From: Eledone cirrhosa | Taxonomy: Eukaryota | Direction: 5' to 3' | Assembly: GCA_964016885.1 (NCBI GenBank) | Contig: OZ024747.1 | Location: 8,742,001 to 8,806,000 of the forward strand | DNA length: 64,000 nt | Part shown: positions 37,041-50,315 of the stretch, one piece after another | Position numbering within the stretch: the first letter of the stretch is position 1 | Layout of the letters: each line of letters opens with the position of its first letter | The notes under the pieces: model-generated | What the model was told of the DNA's origin: nothing | The model's database searches: none | Seen by the model: only the letters and a program-made list of their open reading frames with translations | Made by a program: the position numbers and the translations under genes

Positions 37041-38569
37041 AATGCAATAAGTTTATAAATTGTAGGAATAAATAAACAAAAAGAAAAATAATTTACTTTC
37101 AATTTATTGTTGTTTATTTCTTTTTTTGAATAATTTTAGGGTCTAATTTTTTAAAAAGATTTTCTTTGTGTTGCAGGTTTACGAAAATCTCCCAGAAAAC
37201 CTGAAATTATTATTTTATATAATATCGAAGATATATTCACTCAAATATTGTATCTATCTATCTATATGTCTTCACCAAGGAGAGTTTATTTATTATTTCA
37301 AATTTAAGTTCAAATATCTATCTGTGATTCAAGACATGAAAAATTTCCACTAAATTCGTATATTTATGAAATACATTTCCTCAATAACTTCCTACTAAAT
37401 CTTAACAGTAATTTCGATGCAGCACACGTCAGAATTTCATATCTTTCAGAAAAACAACTTGGAATGATTAAACTTTGTTTTAGAGGTATTCTTTTCCACA
37501 AATTTAACAACAAAATCTTTGTTAATTACTCTCTGCCTTCTAACATTTTCCAAACCACAAAATAAGAAGAATATGACTTTACCTTATGACTTCAATTGTA
37601 AGATTGCTTCTCTTTAATAATATATCTAAATTTATGATATCCATTCTATTGATAAAAATAGACAAATTATATGGCTTCCACTCAACAGACAAAAGAAGTT
37701 TTCAACCACCATGATGTACTCATTAGCATGCATTGTTTAGAGGGAAAGCTACTAAACAGTAGCATTTCTATATCAAAGCAAATGATGTTTAGTATTATTG
37801 ACTGGTTAAGAGTTCCATAGTTTTCTTCATTTGAATCTTAGTATTAAATACAAACAGTATCTATCTAAACAGAGATCAAATTTTATCTTTTAATACAAAA
37901 TATTTGGATAGGTTTGGTAAAGATGCCTACAGCTATTGATTGAATCATTAACAAAAAATATAAGATGTACATAGAATTATTTATATTGATTAAAAAACTA
38001 AAGTTCTAAACCAAATTCATTTAAAAAAAACTTTAGGTGTTTTGAGAAGAGATAAGCAAGTTTGTTTTCTAAAGCAATACTCTATTTTTTTATTAATTAA
38101 TTGAGATGAAAGAGTTTAAGATTTAATGAAAATATTTAATTACTAGTTAAAGTACCTTAAGTTATACAAAACATATATCATATAATCCACTTCATCCCAC
38201 CTACAGTTGCAGTAATTTAGAGCAGTTTAAACTTTAAAATATTATTTTCTTTACATCCTACAATGTTTTCTTTTATTTAAGGAACCTCGACAGAGAAAAG
38301 CCATCAAATTATATACTTTAAACCAGTGATTCCCTACCTTTACACTACAATTTAGTTGAGATGAATCTTGAGACTGAAATTAATGTCAAAAGATTTGATT
38401 CTGTTATTTTTATAAGGTATCATTCGTGTGAATAAATTTCCTTCATTCTGTTAAATAAATCTCCTAAACATAAGATATCATTCAGTTGGATAAATCTCTT
38501 TCAATCAATTAAATGAATTTCCTTCGTTCACTTCAATATATCTCTTTCTTTCAGTTAAATAAATTTCCT

Positions 38570-38943
38570 TTGATATGTATCTCAAACATTAAGATATCAT
38601 TTGGTTAAATAAATCTCCTTCAATATGTATCTCAAACATTAAGATATCATTTGGTTAAATAAATCTCCTTCAATATGTATCTCAAACATTAAGATATCAT
38701 TTGGCTAAATAAATCTCCTTCAATATGTATCTCAAACATTAAGATATCATTTGGTTAAATAAATCTCCTTCAATATGTATCTCAAACATTAAGATATCAT
38801 TTGGTTAAATAAATCTCCTTCAATATGTATCTCAAACATTAAGATATCATTTGGTTAAATAAATCTCCTTCAATATGTATCTCAAACATTAAGATATCAT
38901 TTGGCTAAATAAATCTCCTTCAATATGTTTCTCAAACATTAAG
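38570..38943. repeat. 50-bp minisatellite, about 7.5 copies
   Basis: aagatatcatttggttaaataaatctccttcaatatgtatctcaaacatt at 38591, 38641 ... 38891. Confidence 0.97.
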
Positions 38944-39828
38944 TTAATAATGACTTGCTATTTGTTTACATGGGGGGTGGGGTCCTTTCGTGAAGTGATA
39001 AACTGAATATATAACCAACATATATGATGGTTATAGTCATGTCAGAGCTATATAGATATCGCATACTATTTTATAAATGTTGAAAATTTAACATATCATA
39101 GCCATTGGTATAAACAGATAATAATTAATACTTATGAATTATTTCACCAAAAATTATTTCTTTCATTCTGTAGAATTCCATTCAAAATAATTTACCAAAG
39201 AAAATCTCTTTTTTTTTTTTTTTTTTTTTTTCTGTTTTTACCTTCTTGAAATAATAAGGCCTTCTGGCATATGGCAGATACAAGGGTTTGTTTTCCCCAG
39301 GCAATTCTGTTTCAAGAGGCCATTATCCCCAATTTCTTTGACCATCTTATAGTTAGAATCTTGCATTGCAGTAGCTTTGTATAAAGCAAAGCATACTTTC
39401 AGTATTTAAATATCTGTTTTCTCTAATGGAACAATATTTAATTAACAGTCTACATTTTTATTTGAGATATTTTTTAAACAATTTTTAAATCTGAAATAAA
39501 AATATTCTAAAAAATATATACTCTGATATTGATAATTTTATTTTAGGTTCTTTTTTTATTTTCATTATCAATCAATCAGTTTAAAATAATATAAACATTA
39601 TATATGCAAATAATTTAACCCTAATTTAATACATTTGTTTTCATAAATTCATAAAAGTTGGTATGTAAACAATAGAATTTTAATTTATTTAAATTGAAAT
39701 TTTTGTTCAACTAATTGCCTATTTTAATAAAACAACATTTTAAATATTTTGTCAGTGATTCACTTTAGAAAAAAATGTTGCCCTTATAAACATAACTTTT
39801 GAGATAAATAAAATATTTATTATAAATC

Positions 39829-41184
39829 ATGTATTCTGTCCAAACAATGTATAACATGGGGAGTCAGTTTAATCTTGACTTCTGTCCTCCAATATTGGGA
39901 TCACCAAATAGCCACCAAATTGGAAAATACTCTCTTCCTACTAATAATCACAATTATTGCAACAAACGGACTTACAAAGGTGACAAACCCTATCGATGTG
40001 ATATTTGCCGTAAAGGTTTCTGTCGACGTAGCAACCTTAGTAACCATGAACGGTCTGCAGCATATGAAAAACATTTCTATTGTATGTATTGTAGAAAGGC
40101 TTTCTCTCAACGTGCTCACCTGAAAACTCATGAAATAACTCACACAGGACTTAAACCTTATTCATGCGAATTCTGCTCAAAAACATTTGCCCAACGTGCC
40201 AACTTTGATAACCACCGACGCACACACACAGGTGAACGACCCTATCACTGTAGCTGGTGCTCAAAAGCATTCGCTCAGTTGACAAACCTAAACAATCACA
40301 TACGGATTCATACTGGAGAACGGCCTTTTGCGTGTTCAATGTGTTCGAAGGCATTTAGCCAAGTTACAAACTTACGAAATCATGAACGTATCCACACAGG
40401 GGAAAAACCCTTTGTGTGCATATTTTGTGCAAAAGCATTCAGTCAGGTAACACACCTTCGAAACCATGAACGTGTTCATACTGGTGAGAAACCTTATACT
40501 TGTTCCACTTGTTCTAAAGCATTCAGTCAGCGTGCTAATCTAGATAATCATAAACGTATTCATACCGGTGAAAAACCCTTCGTCTGTTCAGTGTGTAAGA
40601 AATCTTTCTCACAAGTTACAAATTTGCGAAACCATCAACGCATCCATGCATCATCAGACATTACCTCTGTGAATAAAAATATTTCCACTGTAAATAAAAC
40701 CGAAACTTACTACACTGATGCAGATGGGAAAAATAATAGTTACCGGAAACAGTATAGCAACCAACTATCTCAGCATCCCCTTTTAAAGCACCATCCACAA
40801 ATCCAGAACCCAAACTCATCCCCTGCTGTCCAGGTTTGTACATCCCCTAATGATCTCAACATTCGAAATATGCATCATCAACATCAGCAGCAACAACAAC
40901 AACAACTCGCACCACCACCTTTACCATCATTACCCCCTACTTCTGCTACTGCCATTCGTCCCCAGCCAATAACTATCCCAAATTGGATGACTCCGCCCTC
41001 CTATGTACAACAAATGACTCCATCTTGGGAAAATAGTTACAACTGGTCATCTCGAAGTTTCCCGATTCCTTCATCCCGGTGGAATTCCAATAATACACAA
41101 AACATTCCTAGTCTGCTACCCTGTAGCATTGGTCAAAACAACCATAACATTGATTTAGATCCAAAACTGTATCAAAGAACCTAA
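39829..41184 (+). CDS. C2H2 zinc-finger protein, 451 aa: 7 canonical fingers plus 1 degenerate finger and a Q/P-rich C-terminus
   Basis: Tandem CxxC...HxxxH with TGEKP/TGERP linkers; intact single-exon ORF. Confidence 0.95.
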   Translation: MYSVQTMYNMGSQFNLDFCPPILGSPNSHQIGKYSLPTNNHNYCNKRTYKGDKPYRCDICRKGFCRRSNLSNHERSAAYEKHFYCMYCRKAFSQRAHLKTHEITHTGLKPYSCEFCSKTFAQRANFDNHRRTHTGERPYHCSWCSKAFAQLTNLNNHIRIHTGERPFACSMCSKAFSQVTNLRNHERIHTGEKPFVCIFCAKAFSQVTHLRNHERVHTGEKPYTCSTCSKAFSQRANLDNHKRIHTGEKPFVCSVCKKSFSQVTNLRNHQRIHASSDITSVNKNISTVNKTETYYTDADGKNNSYRKQYSNQLSQHPLLKHHPQIQNPNSSPAVQVCTSPNDLNIRNMHHQHQQQQQQQLAPPPLPSLPPTSATAIRPQPITIPNWMTPPSYVQQMTPSWENSYNWSSRSFPIPSSRWNSNNTQNIPSLLPCSIGQNNHNIDLDPKLYQRT

Positions 41185-41614
41185 GAAATATAACCAAATT
41201 TGTGATTTGTAATTCTGGATTATTTATGTATTTAGATAGAATTTTACTAAAATTATGTTTTTGAAAATACAGTTGCCACAATGCAGTTATCTATAAATAA
41301 TAGTTATACACGAAATGAGTATTTCAATTGCTCATGGGTGTTTCTGTCCACTTTTTTCCATCTCCAGCAACACTTTACCCAATTTATTCTATTATTTATA
41401 GTTATCAACTATTATTATAATTATCTGCATTGGGGCAACTATATTTTCAATTTCAAGTTTCCCAATGCTTTGTTAGTCAACCAAATCTTGTTTAAAATAT
41501 GTATATTTTTTACATGTTCTATTGAAACCTGGGTTTTTGTATCAAATGTAATACAGATTCATATATTAACATACATACACACATATACATACACACATAT
41601 ATATATATATATAT

Positions 41615-41840
41615 GTAATAGGTAAACAGAAATAACAACACAATCGGTACAGTATATGGAAGGTATATATTAGGTTAACGCTTGATATAGCAGGAAGAGG
41701 GTCTTAACGTTTCGGACGCTAGTCCTTCATCAGAAGAAAGAATGAAAAATAAGATAGATTGAGGGGACGGGCAGGATGGAATTGGAAAAAAATGTCTTTA
41801 GATAAAAATAATAGGTCCATTCATGTTGACATCTCTTGCA

Positions 41841-41843
<3 letters not shown>
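41615..41843 (-). mobile_element. Solo pLTR-like / non-autonomous PLE fragment between (TA)n tracts
   Basis: Carries the hammerhead at 41702-41737; bounded by TA microsatellites. Confidence 0.6.
41702..41737 (-). ncRNA. 36-nt minimal type I hammerhead ribozyme
   Basis: Minus strand: tctt-CTGATGA-a-ggac(tagc)gtcc-GAAA-cg-TT-aaga; palindromic ACGT in place of stem III. Confidence 0.8.
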
Positions 41844-41906
<63 letters not shown>

Positions 41907-42199
41907 GTATGTATGTATATTCAGTACTGAAAATATTCCAGTGTCATTAAATCTGAGTTATGTGAATATGTCTATCTGTTTAATTAGGAATTCTTTTTTT
42001 TTCATTAGTGACTTTTATTGATTTCAATACATCGATATTTCTAGCTCATGGACCCTTAACTGCTGATGGAATCATAGGGTGACCATTGTGATCTGGTGGA
42101 ACCCATCCCTCCCCAGGTCTGAACACAGTTGATTTCTTCCATAGAGAGGGTGGAGTGAGAAAGATATAGAGGAAGACTACCCCAACCCCAATACTGGGC

Positions 42200-43315
42200 A
42201 AAGTTGATCTCGGGGTGGGATTTGAACTCAGAAGTCAAAGAGCTGGAACAAATACCATAATTTATTGTATATGTCATTCAATGCAAAGTCACAAGAGATA
42301 CCACAAAACATCTTGTCTGACAGTCTAACAATTTTGCCCATCCACCACTTTGGGGGCTGGTTCTTTATTTATTGAATCTGAAAAGATGAAAGGCAAAATT
42401 GACCTTGGTGGGATTTGAAGTCAGAGTACAGAGAGCCAGAACAAATATTGCAAAGTGTTTAGTCTGATGCTCAAATGGCTGTGCCAATTTGCTGCAGTAG
42501 CAATTTAAAAGTCTCCATTGTTGACACCAAGCTTCATTCTTTGACAAATAATAGCAGAATTCTAAAGAGTTCTCTATAGATATCTGATTAAAATCTTGAT
42601 TGGTTTGAATAATCTTACCTCAATTATTTACACTTATTTTATTATAATTCTGTCAATCCACTGCCAACATGTATCCTCTGGCTCAGAAACCTCCCTTGCA
42701 ATGCAGTATTATAGGTCCATGGGGTTGGTTGGTTGGAAGACTCGCTGGCTGGATAGCTGTCTGGCTGGCTGGATAGCTGGTTGACTGTCTGGTTGGCTAC
42801 CAGTTGACATTCTCAGTTTTACTTAAAATATTGATATGTATTATTAACTTCAGTTCTAATCATATATAAAGCTTTCAGTAACAACAATAATTATAATAAT
42901 AATCTTTCTAACATTGTCACAAGGCCATCATTGTGGGGGAAAGGGCAAGTCTAATAATGATAATTGTTTCTAATTTAGGCACAAGGTCAGCAATTTGGGG
43001 GGATGGAGAAAGTCAATTATATTAACCCCACTACTTACTTGACTGGTAAAATATTTTATCAACACAGGAATGATGAAAGGTAAAGGTGACCTCAGAGTGC
43101 AGAGGGCTGGACAAAATATTGCAAAGCATTTTGTCCAATGCTCAAACAATTCTGTCAATCTACTGCTCAGTAACAACAATAACAATTTCTATTTTAGGCA
43201 AAAGGATGGGAGGGGAAAGTCGATTAAATGACCTCAGTATGTGACTGGTACTATATTTTGTCAATCCCAGAAGGATGAAAGGCAAATTTGGCCTCAGTGT
43301 AATTTGAACTCAGTT
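42200..43315 (-). mobile_element. Cluster of old SINE copies
   Basis: ggatttgaactcag and atgaaaggcaaa motifs at ~42200-42250, 42360-42500, 42965-43170 and 43185-43312. Confidence 0.7.
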
Positions 43316-43519
43316 TTGCAGTGTTATATCTAGTCACACCCTAGTCACAGAGTATGTAATATTTGCAAAGATATTTTTGTGTCAATTTTTACCAAATCTA
43401 CTAAAGAGACACAAGTTTACTGTATTTTAGTATTTTTCTTTGCTATTTATACAATGGATTGTTCTCTCTCTCTCTCTCTCTCTCTCAAGGAGTATGTAAT
43501 ATATTTTATCATCTAAAAT

Positions 43520-43740
43520 AAACAGAACAGGCCCCAGTGGTAGGCCCTGCACTAGATGGCTGGATGTAATTAAGGAAGATCTTCAAGAGGCTCGACATCA
43601 CTTTGGAGGATGCAGAGGGGCTGGCACAGGACCACCAACAATTGAGGGCACTAGTGGGCTTGGTCAGCCCTACACATGATGACACCTCTGGGATCGCTGA
43701 CCTAGGATGACCCCAGTCCCATCGAGCAAGAAGAAGAAAA
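43520..43740 (+). pseudogene. RTE LINE 3' end with (AAG)n tail
   Basis: RPSGRPCTRWLDVIKEDL...EDAEGLAQD; ends gcaagaagaagaaaa. Confidence 0.7.
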
Positions 43741-44125
43741 ATAAACACTGCTGATTAATTAATCTTTGGCAATAATTTATTGAAACTTCTAAATAATATT
43801 TTCTTTTTTTTTTTTGAGTATCAGCTGACAAAGTGGTTGTGTAATTGCAAGTATTTTTTTAACTAACAAGAAATATTACCAAAATATTTAACTACCTTTG
43901 TTTTTACAGGGAACAATTTGAAAATAGCAGGTTTACTGTCAACTTTAAATGTCAGCTTGTTAGTAATAATGCTAAAATAAACAATTATCTATTCTTAATC
44001 TTCTTTGTTAATCTTTTTGCTTCATTGATTTAATTGTCCTACAATCACTAAATCCCACGAGCCACGGATGGAAGAGCAGTGCTCAGAACTATTTACAGGA
44101 CTTTTCAAATTACACCTTACTGTCT

Positions 44126-44408
44126 TAATCTTTCCGTTACCATATTTCTTATGAAATGCACTACCTAAGTTTTTCAAATCATTTTGAATATAATTAAGAA
44201 TTTGGAAATATTTAGTAATATAACTTTCTCATTATTAAGCTGGTGTTTGGGAGATAAACTTAACAAAGGCTCTTGTTAAATTATAAACTTAACAAAGATT
44301 CTTGTAAAGTTATGATGGAAGTTTTTATATAAAAATAAACATTTTAAAACAAAGTTTTCTATTATGGAGACAAAATCGGTTTCAAGCTGTTTGATATGAG
44401 AAGGGTTA
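44126..44408. mobile_element. TTAA-flanked MITE, family 1 (piggyBac-like ends)
   Basis: Reverse-oriented homolog of 47856-48116 and 48848-49087; partial copies at ~12880-13470, 28156 and 59886-60022. Confidence 0.6.
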
Positions 44409-47400
44409 AAAAGGCAAGACCACATTGAATAATGTAGTATTAAACATTGAAAATGATGAGATAGTTGTGACTAGAACACCTTAGAACATAGACCAGCCTG
44501 ATCAGAGCTGACTTGGTGCTAAATAATAACAGCAGCGATATTAAAATGTCCTTTAGAGATTAATTACTATAAACATTAAGGTTATTGTTGGTCTTCCTTG
44601 GAAAATGTTGTAGCTTGTATTGAAATCTACAACAGTGCCATTACTATGACAAGTTTAACCTTCGAATTAACGGTAGACTCTAACCAACGGGTTTCCACTA
44701 AATTCCGATCTATTTCATTTCATTCACAAGGCTGAGACCAGCTCGATGTTCTAGTGAAAGTATGGTATAGTCGCTCAGTCTGTTAGAAATTGCAAACAAA
44801 ATTATACTCAATTTACACCCTGGAGTGAGCGTTTATCAATTTCGACAGTATTTCAATTGCTCTATCAGTGAGACAGCCTGCTCATGAAATTAACATGTAA
44901 ATGGTTGACCATTCCACAGATACATATACCCTTAACAGTCCTTTGAAAGTACACCAAACGGTTTCCATTTACCCATTTCGCTTACATAGCATAGGTCGAC
45001 CGCAGCTATTGTAAATGATATTTTGATATTTACTCAAGATGTCACGCAGTGGAATCGAACTGGGGACCTAATGATTGCAAAGCGAATTCCTTGACAATTT
45101 GAGCATGCTGGGTCCACAAATAACACCATAACCGACCTTTATTCTTTGATACACTGTTTTGGTGGGGTTGGATTAGCGAGATGGGTCCTTTCGATTATAA
45201 GTCTGCTTCGTCAGTGTGGTTAATATCAACCATTGTAACTATCCTAATGATGTCACCATTATCTGATATATATTCTTAATAGAGCATTAAAAAAAAACAT
45301 TCAAAAATTGAAATTTCAATGCAGCAGCCCATTAACGAAGTCACATTCCAGTCTCACACATATCTGCAGTTGCTTTACTTCTTTAAATAATTTGTTGAAA
45401 ACATTTTTTCGATTGTGTTTTTTTCTCCTTTTATCTAGTTTGAAATATTATAATATTAACCATTCTTTTCCCTGAAAGGGGCAATAAAAAAATGAATCAA
45501 ATCTATTTGTATTTGTGATTCTAAAAGAAATAGTATTGAGCCTTCTTTAAAATGAATGAAGTAACCATATGGTCTTTATGTACTTCACTTGACATATGAA
45601 AAAACATTATATTTGGAGTGTGTGAGGATACTTTACATAATTTTAAATAGTAAAACCACATACGAAACAGTTCCTATATTTTAAAGAGGGTTTCTTTTTG
45701 ATTTTTATGTGTATTATTTCTTGTTTATATATTCATATTTTCTCGATCGCAAAGAAAATATAAGAAACCGGTGAAAGTATGATCGTTGTGTTACTAAAAT
45801 AAGTTCCATCATTTCGTATCGGATAATAAAATACTAGTGGTTTTATTTAAGTGTTATATACTCATCAATGATATACAAATAAAATATATTTAAAATAATC
45901 GTTTTAATCACCCAACTAAAATAAATCCTAACACAAACTCCACTATTCTATTTGTTTCGTTTTATCTCCCTTGTGTTTACATACAAATAGAATCTCATTT
46001 TTTCTGAACGGGGTCCTTTCATATTCGAAGGATAATTAGTGAAAATTAAATATTTACCAAAATGTCCATACTAACAACTACCAATACCAATTACTAACTA
46101 ACCGAGATCAACTACATCTTAGATATTTATTGGTCAATGTACATTTATTATCGTGTATTTCTGTGTTGGCTACTTTAAAAGATTGGCGACAAGCACCACC
46201 AGAAGAAAACAGCGTAAGAAAGGTTAGCGTCAATGAGTTGTCAGTTATTAAAGCAAGTTCATTCTCCACCGTTTGTGTTTGCTGCATTTTTCCTCGTATT
46301 TTCATATATTCATTCGCTTTAAATGTTGTAAATAATTGTGGGTTCGACACCAAAGTGTTCGTATGTGCGTGCTGAAATTACATCAAGTAAAGAAAACATT
46401 TTAAATGATCACTGCAGTAACTGATAATTATTCAAGATCTTGACAGATCTGATAGAAACATTATATTAAAGTTGATTATTAATAGACTCGATGTAATCTT
46501 ATTGTTTCATCCATTTCTTTTATTTGGTTTCTGTAGAACTTCAGTACTTGCTGAATGTTCATCCATAAAGAGATGTTTGTAATTTTGTTGGCCCAAAGTT
46601 TTTATTGGTTAAAAAACATCATAAACTCTATGAAGATATCCATTTCAGAAATGGAAACGAAAATGGAAGTATGAATGTTATTTCTTTTATTGACCGTCAT
46701 ACAAACCTATTGTCTGTGTGTATGTCTTATTTTCTTTTCCCCCCACAGAAAAGTAGATAATGTTTACAAGACTTAGCCGTCGCAATACATGAACGTGTGT
46801 CAAAGATTTTTCAGAGCTCTTAAGAATGAAAGAATAAATCGACATTGGATGACCCGTTCTGAATACTGTAAAACTTATCTATGTAATTAATATACAAGAA
46901 ATAGTTCTCGCTGGTATTCAGATATTTATGATAAATCAATCATAAATTAGCTAATTATCTCCTAAAAATTTGTACCTGTTTATTTACCCAGTTTTACCTC
47001 TTTCCGGCTATTTATTTGACTTGCTGTTAAATTAGATGCTTGTCAAAGTGATGTTTGATCCACCACAACAAAGAAATTATTTGCCTTTACTCCAAATTAT
47101 TAATACATTATTAATACCTTCCTACTTTGTGTTTCCTTGGATTGCAACAGGTTAGGATTGGCGTCTGAATTAGGTCATCCTTTTTCAGGCTGGATCCCAG
47201 AAAATAAATACGAAGATTTTACTACAATATAAAGGAGTATTGTATTTGATGGTATATAGTGGAATATTAAGAACCTACCAGATACCTTAACTTTGCATAT
47301 GAGACCTGGGTGATACTTTTTGTGGAGTAGGGTGAGGGGTGTTATATTTCATCAAATACGGTAGTTGAATCACTGAATGGAAGTTAGTAAAAATCATATG

Positions 47401-47854
47401 ACATCAGCATGTTATCCTTGTCGTTCAGTCTGTTAATTCTGTATTCCAAATCTTTGGTCTCCTTCTTGTGTTGTCCTCTAGCAATTTCCAGTACTATTAC
47501 ATGTAACATCATCCCTCGTTCTTAACTCTTAACATATTGTACTGCATGAACCCACACAAGTAAGACATTCTTGAAAAGTACAAAAAAGCACTATAACTGC
47601 TTCATATTTTTTAACTTACTACAAATGTTCACAATGATCTGACCACCAATAAAGAACCTATAAACATTTGAATGAACAAAACCGTTTTTAGATATTTCCT
47701 ACCAAATCAATACTGGATGTTAACAGTTGAACTGTATCTAACAGCATCCTTTATCACCTATTGTTTGCCCTGAATACTGTTGAATTTCATTTTATGCTTT
47801 CCAATATATACTGTAAGACTATTTTTCTGGTCGATCCTACTGTTAATAACTGCT

Positions 47855-48116
47855 TTAACCCTTTTAATACCAATCTGCCTGAAATTGACCCAGGTTCTAC
47901 AATTCTAGGTTGTTTATTTTAAAGTGTTTATATTTATCTATAAACATTTCATCATAATTTTATGTAAGCATTTTTGTTAGCTTATGTTCCAAACACTCTT
48001 AATAACGAGAAAGTTAATTATATTACTAAATGTCTCCAAATTCTAGATTATTTTCAAATGATTTGAAAATCATAGGCAATGTCTTTTATGAGAAATGTGG
48101 TAGCAACAGGGTTAAA
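47855..48116. mobile_element. TTAA-flanked MITE, family 1
   Basis: ttaacccttttaatacc ... ggtagcaacagggttaa. Confidence 0.7.
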
Positions 48117-48846
48117 TCATGGTAATGTTTCTATTCATACAGTATTTTTCAATCCTGCTTCAATATAATTATATATGTTCTAAAAATAAATGATATGGGT
48201 ACATAGATAAATAGAATTCAAAGAAAAAAAGTGATATCCTTTATCCTTGATGTGAATTGAATTACACATTTCCTGTTGATAGGAATAGAGCCAGTGATGA
48301 ATGTTGAGAAATGAAATGAGATGTGTGGGTCATGTGTTAAGGAAGGTTGAATGTGAATGGGTGGAAGGAAGAAGAGCAAAGGAAGGCTAAGAAAAACATG
48401 ATGTTGATGGGGTGTGATGCATACAATAAGACAAATTAGAGATGTTTGTCATCGGGCCTGCATTACTAACACATTTCAGCATGGAAACCTTAAAATGCTT
48501 GTTTTTGTTTTACAGTAGGATACTTTAACACACTAAAGATATGAAGTGACTCTAGAGTCCAAATCATATTCATAAGTCGATCATAAGTCCAATTAAGCCA
48601 AACATCTTCAATAAAATTTCCTGTTATAATTAACAAAAAATTATTTGGAAAACTATCCAGGTTAATTAAAATTGAAGATATATATCTTCTAGGGAGAAAA
48701 TAACTGATTTATTGAGAAGTTTCATTGTTTTTGTAAAGATGAAAGGTTATAATTATTCTAATAGAGCCCCAGGATATTTTCAGTAGTCAGTGGCATAGCA
48801 AGGACTCTCAATATCCAGAGACAAAGACACTTTTAGTGCTTCTATT

Positions 48847-49087
48847 TGAACCTTTTTGATACCAAACCACCTGAAAGTGCCCCTGGTTCTATGATACAAA
48901 GCTGTTCATATTTAAAGTTAGACTTCCATCATAATTTTATGTAAGAACCTGTGTTAAATTAGATTTCAAACACCAAATTAATGAGAAAGTTAGTTATATT
49001 AAGTCTCTAAATTCTTGATAATTTTCAAAAGGATTTGAAAAACATTGGCAGTATCTTTTAATAGAAATATGGTAACAAAAGGGTTAA
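48847..49087. mobile_element. TTAA-flanked MITE, family 1
   Basis: aacctttttgatacc ... ggtaacaaaagggttaa. Confidence 0.7.
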
Positions 49088-50022
49088 TAACAGGCATGAT
49101 AGGCCAGAAGAAATGTTATGCCCCTTCTTCAATGGATGACTGTATCTCCTTCCATTTTCATTACTACACTTCTGCTACAAGTATGGAATTCTTTCCACAG
49201 GTAAAATTGGCTTCTTTAATGTGTCTTTGAAATATAGAGAAACATGGGACAAATGATTCTAAATGACATATTTCAGAGCAACTGAAAGAATGAATGTTAA
49301 TGTTGCATTTGAGATTTGTGCCAGAGTCATTAGAATCTTGAATAAAATACTTTGGGGTATTCATTTCGGTTCTATGTGTTCTGAGTTCAAATCCCACCAA
49401 GGCTAATTCTTAGAACTTTGGAAAAAATGCTTCACAGTATTCGTTCCAGCTGTGTGTACTGTGAGTTCAAGAACCTTGTTACGGTCAGCTCTGCCATTCG
49501 TCCTTTCAAAGTACCAGTTCAATACTGGGGTTGCTTCTTTCTCTATATCTCATCCTCCCTTCTCTCTCGCTCTCACTTTCTCTCTCTATTTCTCTGAAAA
49601 GAATCAGCTGTTCTGACATGAAGAGGGATGGGCTCCACCAAGTTTAAATACTCAAGGCACACCCAAGAGTTAGGATCTGTGGCATGGCGTAGTCAAGTTT
49701 ACCCCAGAATTTCTCAGGCTTCATCATCATTATTATTTTATATGTTTTTCCATGATGACCATGGTTGAGTGGATTTCTTCTAGTGCAGTGTCTCCTCACC
49801 ACTTGTCACGGTCACTGATCATACTTGACAAAGAAAGCTGCTATTATTTAAAGAACACAACAACAAAGATTAAATAATGAATGAATGGCCAAGATGAGAA
49901 AATTAAGACATTTTAAACTTCTAACGCATTTCTACAAAGATGAGTGGAACAAAATATAAGGGAGGAATCAAATGATAAAATCCTTGCTCAAACTCCATTA
50001 TTAATATATAAATGTATTTATA

Positions 50023-50315
50023 CTCTCAGGTCTTGAATAATCCCCTCCCACCTCACTTATTAATTTTTCAGATTTTTTAAAACCTTCCCACTTATTAAAT
50101 TTTGCTAATCTATCTCCAGCAAAATTTTATTATAAGTGATTCATATTGATTCAGCAGCTGAAGAATCTAATAATTTTATTTTACATTAAACAACATTATA
50201 TATAACAAAAAAAGAACATTACAAGAAATCCCATATTTACAAATGTATACTGTACAATTACCGATTCCACCCCCTGTTTATTCCACCACATCCCCTATTA
50301 TTTGGGACCCGAGAG
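50023..50315. mobile_element. TA-flanked MITE
   Basis: TIRs ctctcaggtcttgaataat / attatttgggacccgagag with TA on both sides. Confidence 0.75.

Larger units (their letters stand above)
31251..37176 (+). other. Possible 5'-UTR intron of the 39829 ZNF gene
   Basis: Consensus donor gag|gtaagt at 31251; branch-like ctaat plus pyrimidine tract and ttgcag ending at 37176; pairing of the two sites is a guess. Confidence 0.25.

Noticed and set aside
39875-40843. Alternative-frame and antisense ORFs inside the ZNF and PLE genes
   Set aside because: Shadow ORFs of real coding sequence
45180-45220. CTGACGA...GAAA on the minus strand, and lone CTGATGA at ~19003, 32797, 33031 and 52163
   Set aside because: No convincing stems I-III or no downstream GAAA
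46150-46230. Candidate promoter and first exon of the 51110 ZNF (gattgg box, gtaaga/gttagc donors)
   Set aside because: Motifs are short and common; needs transcript data
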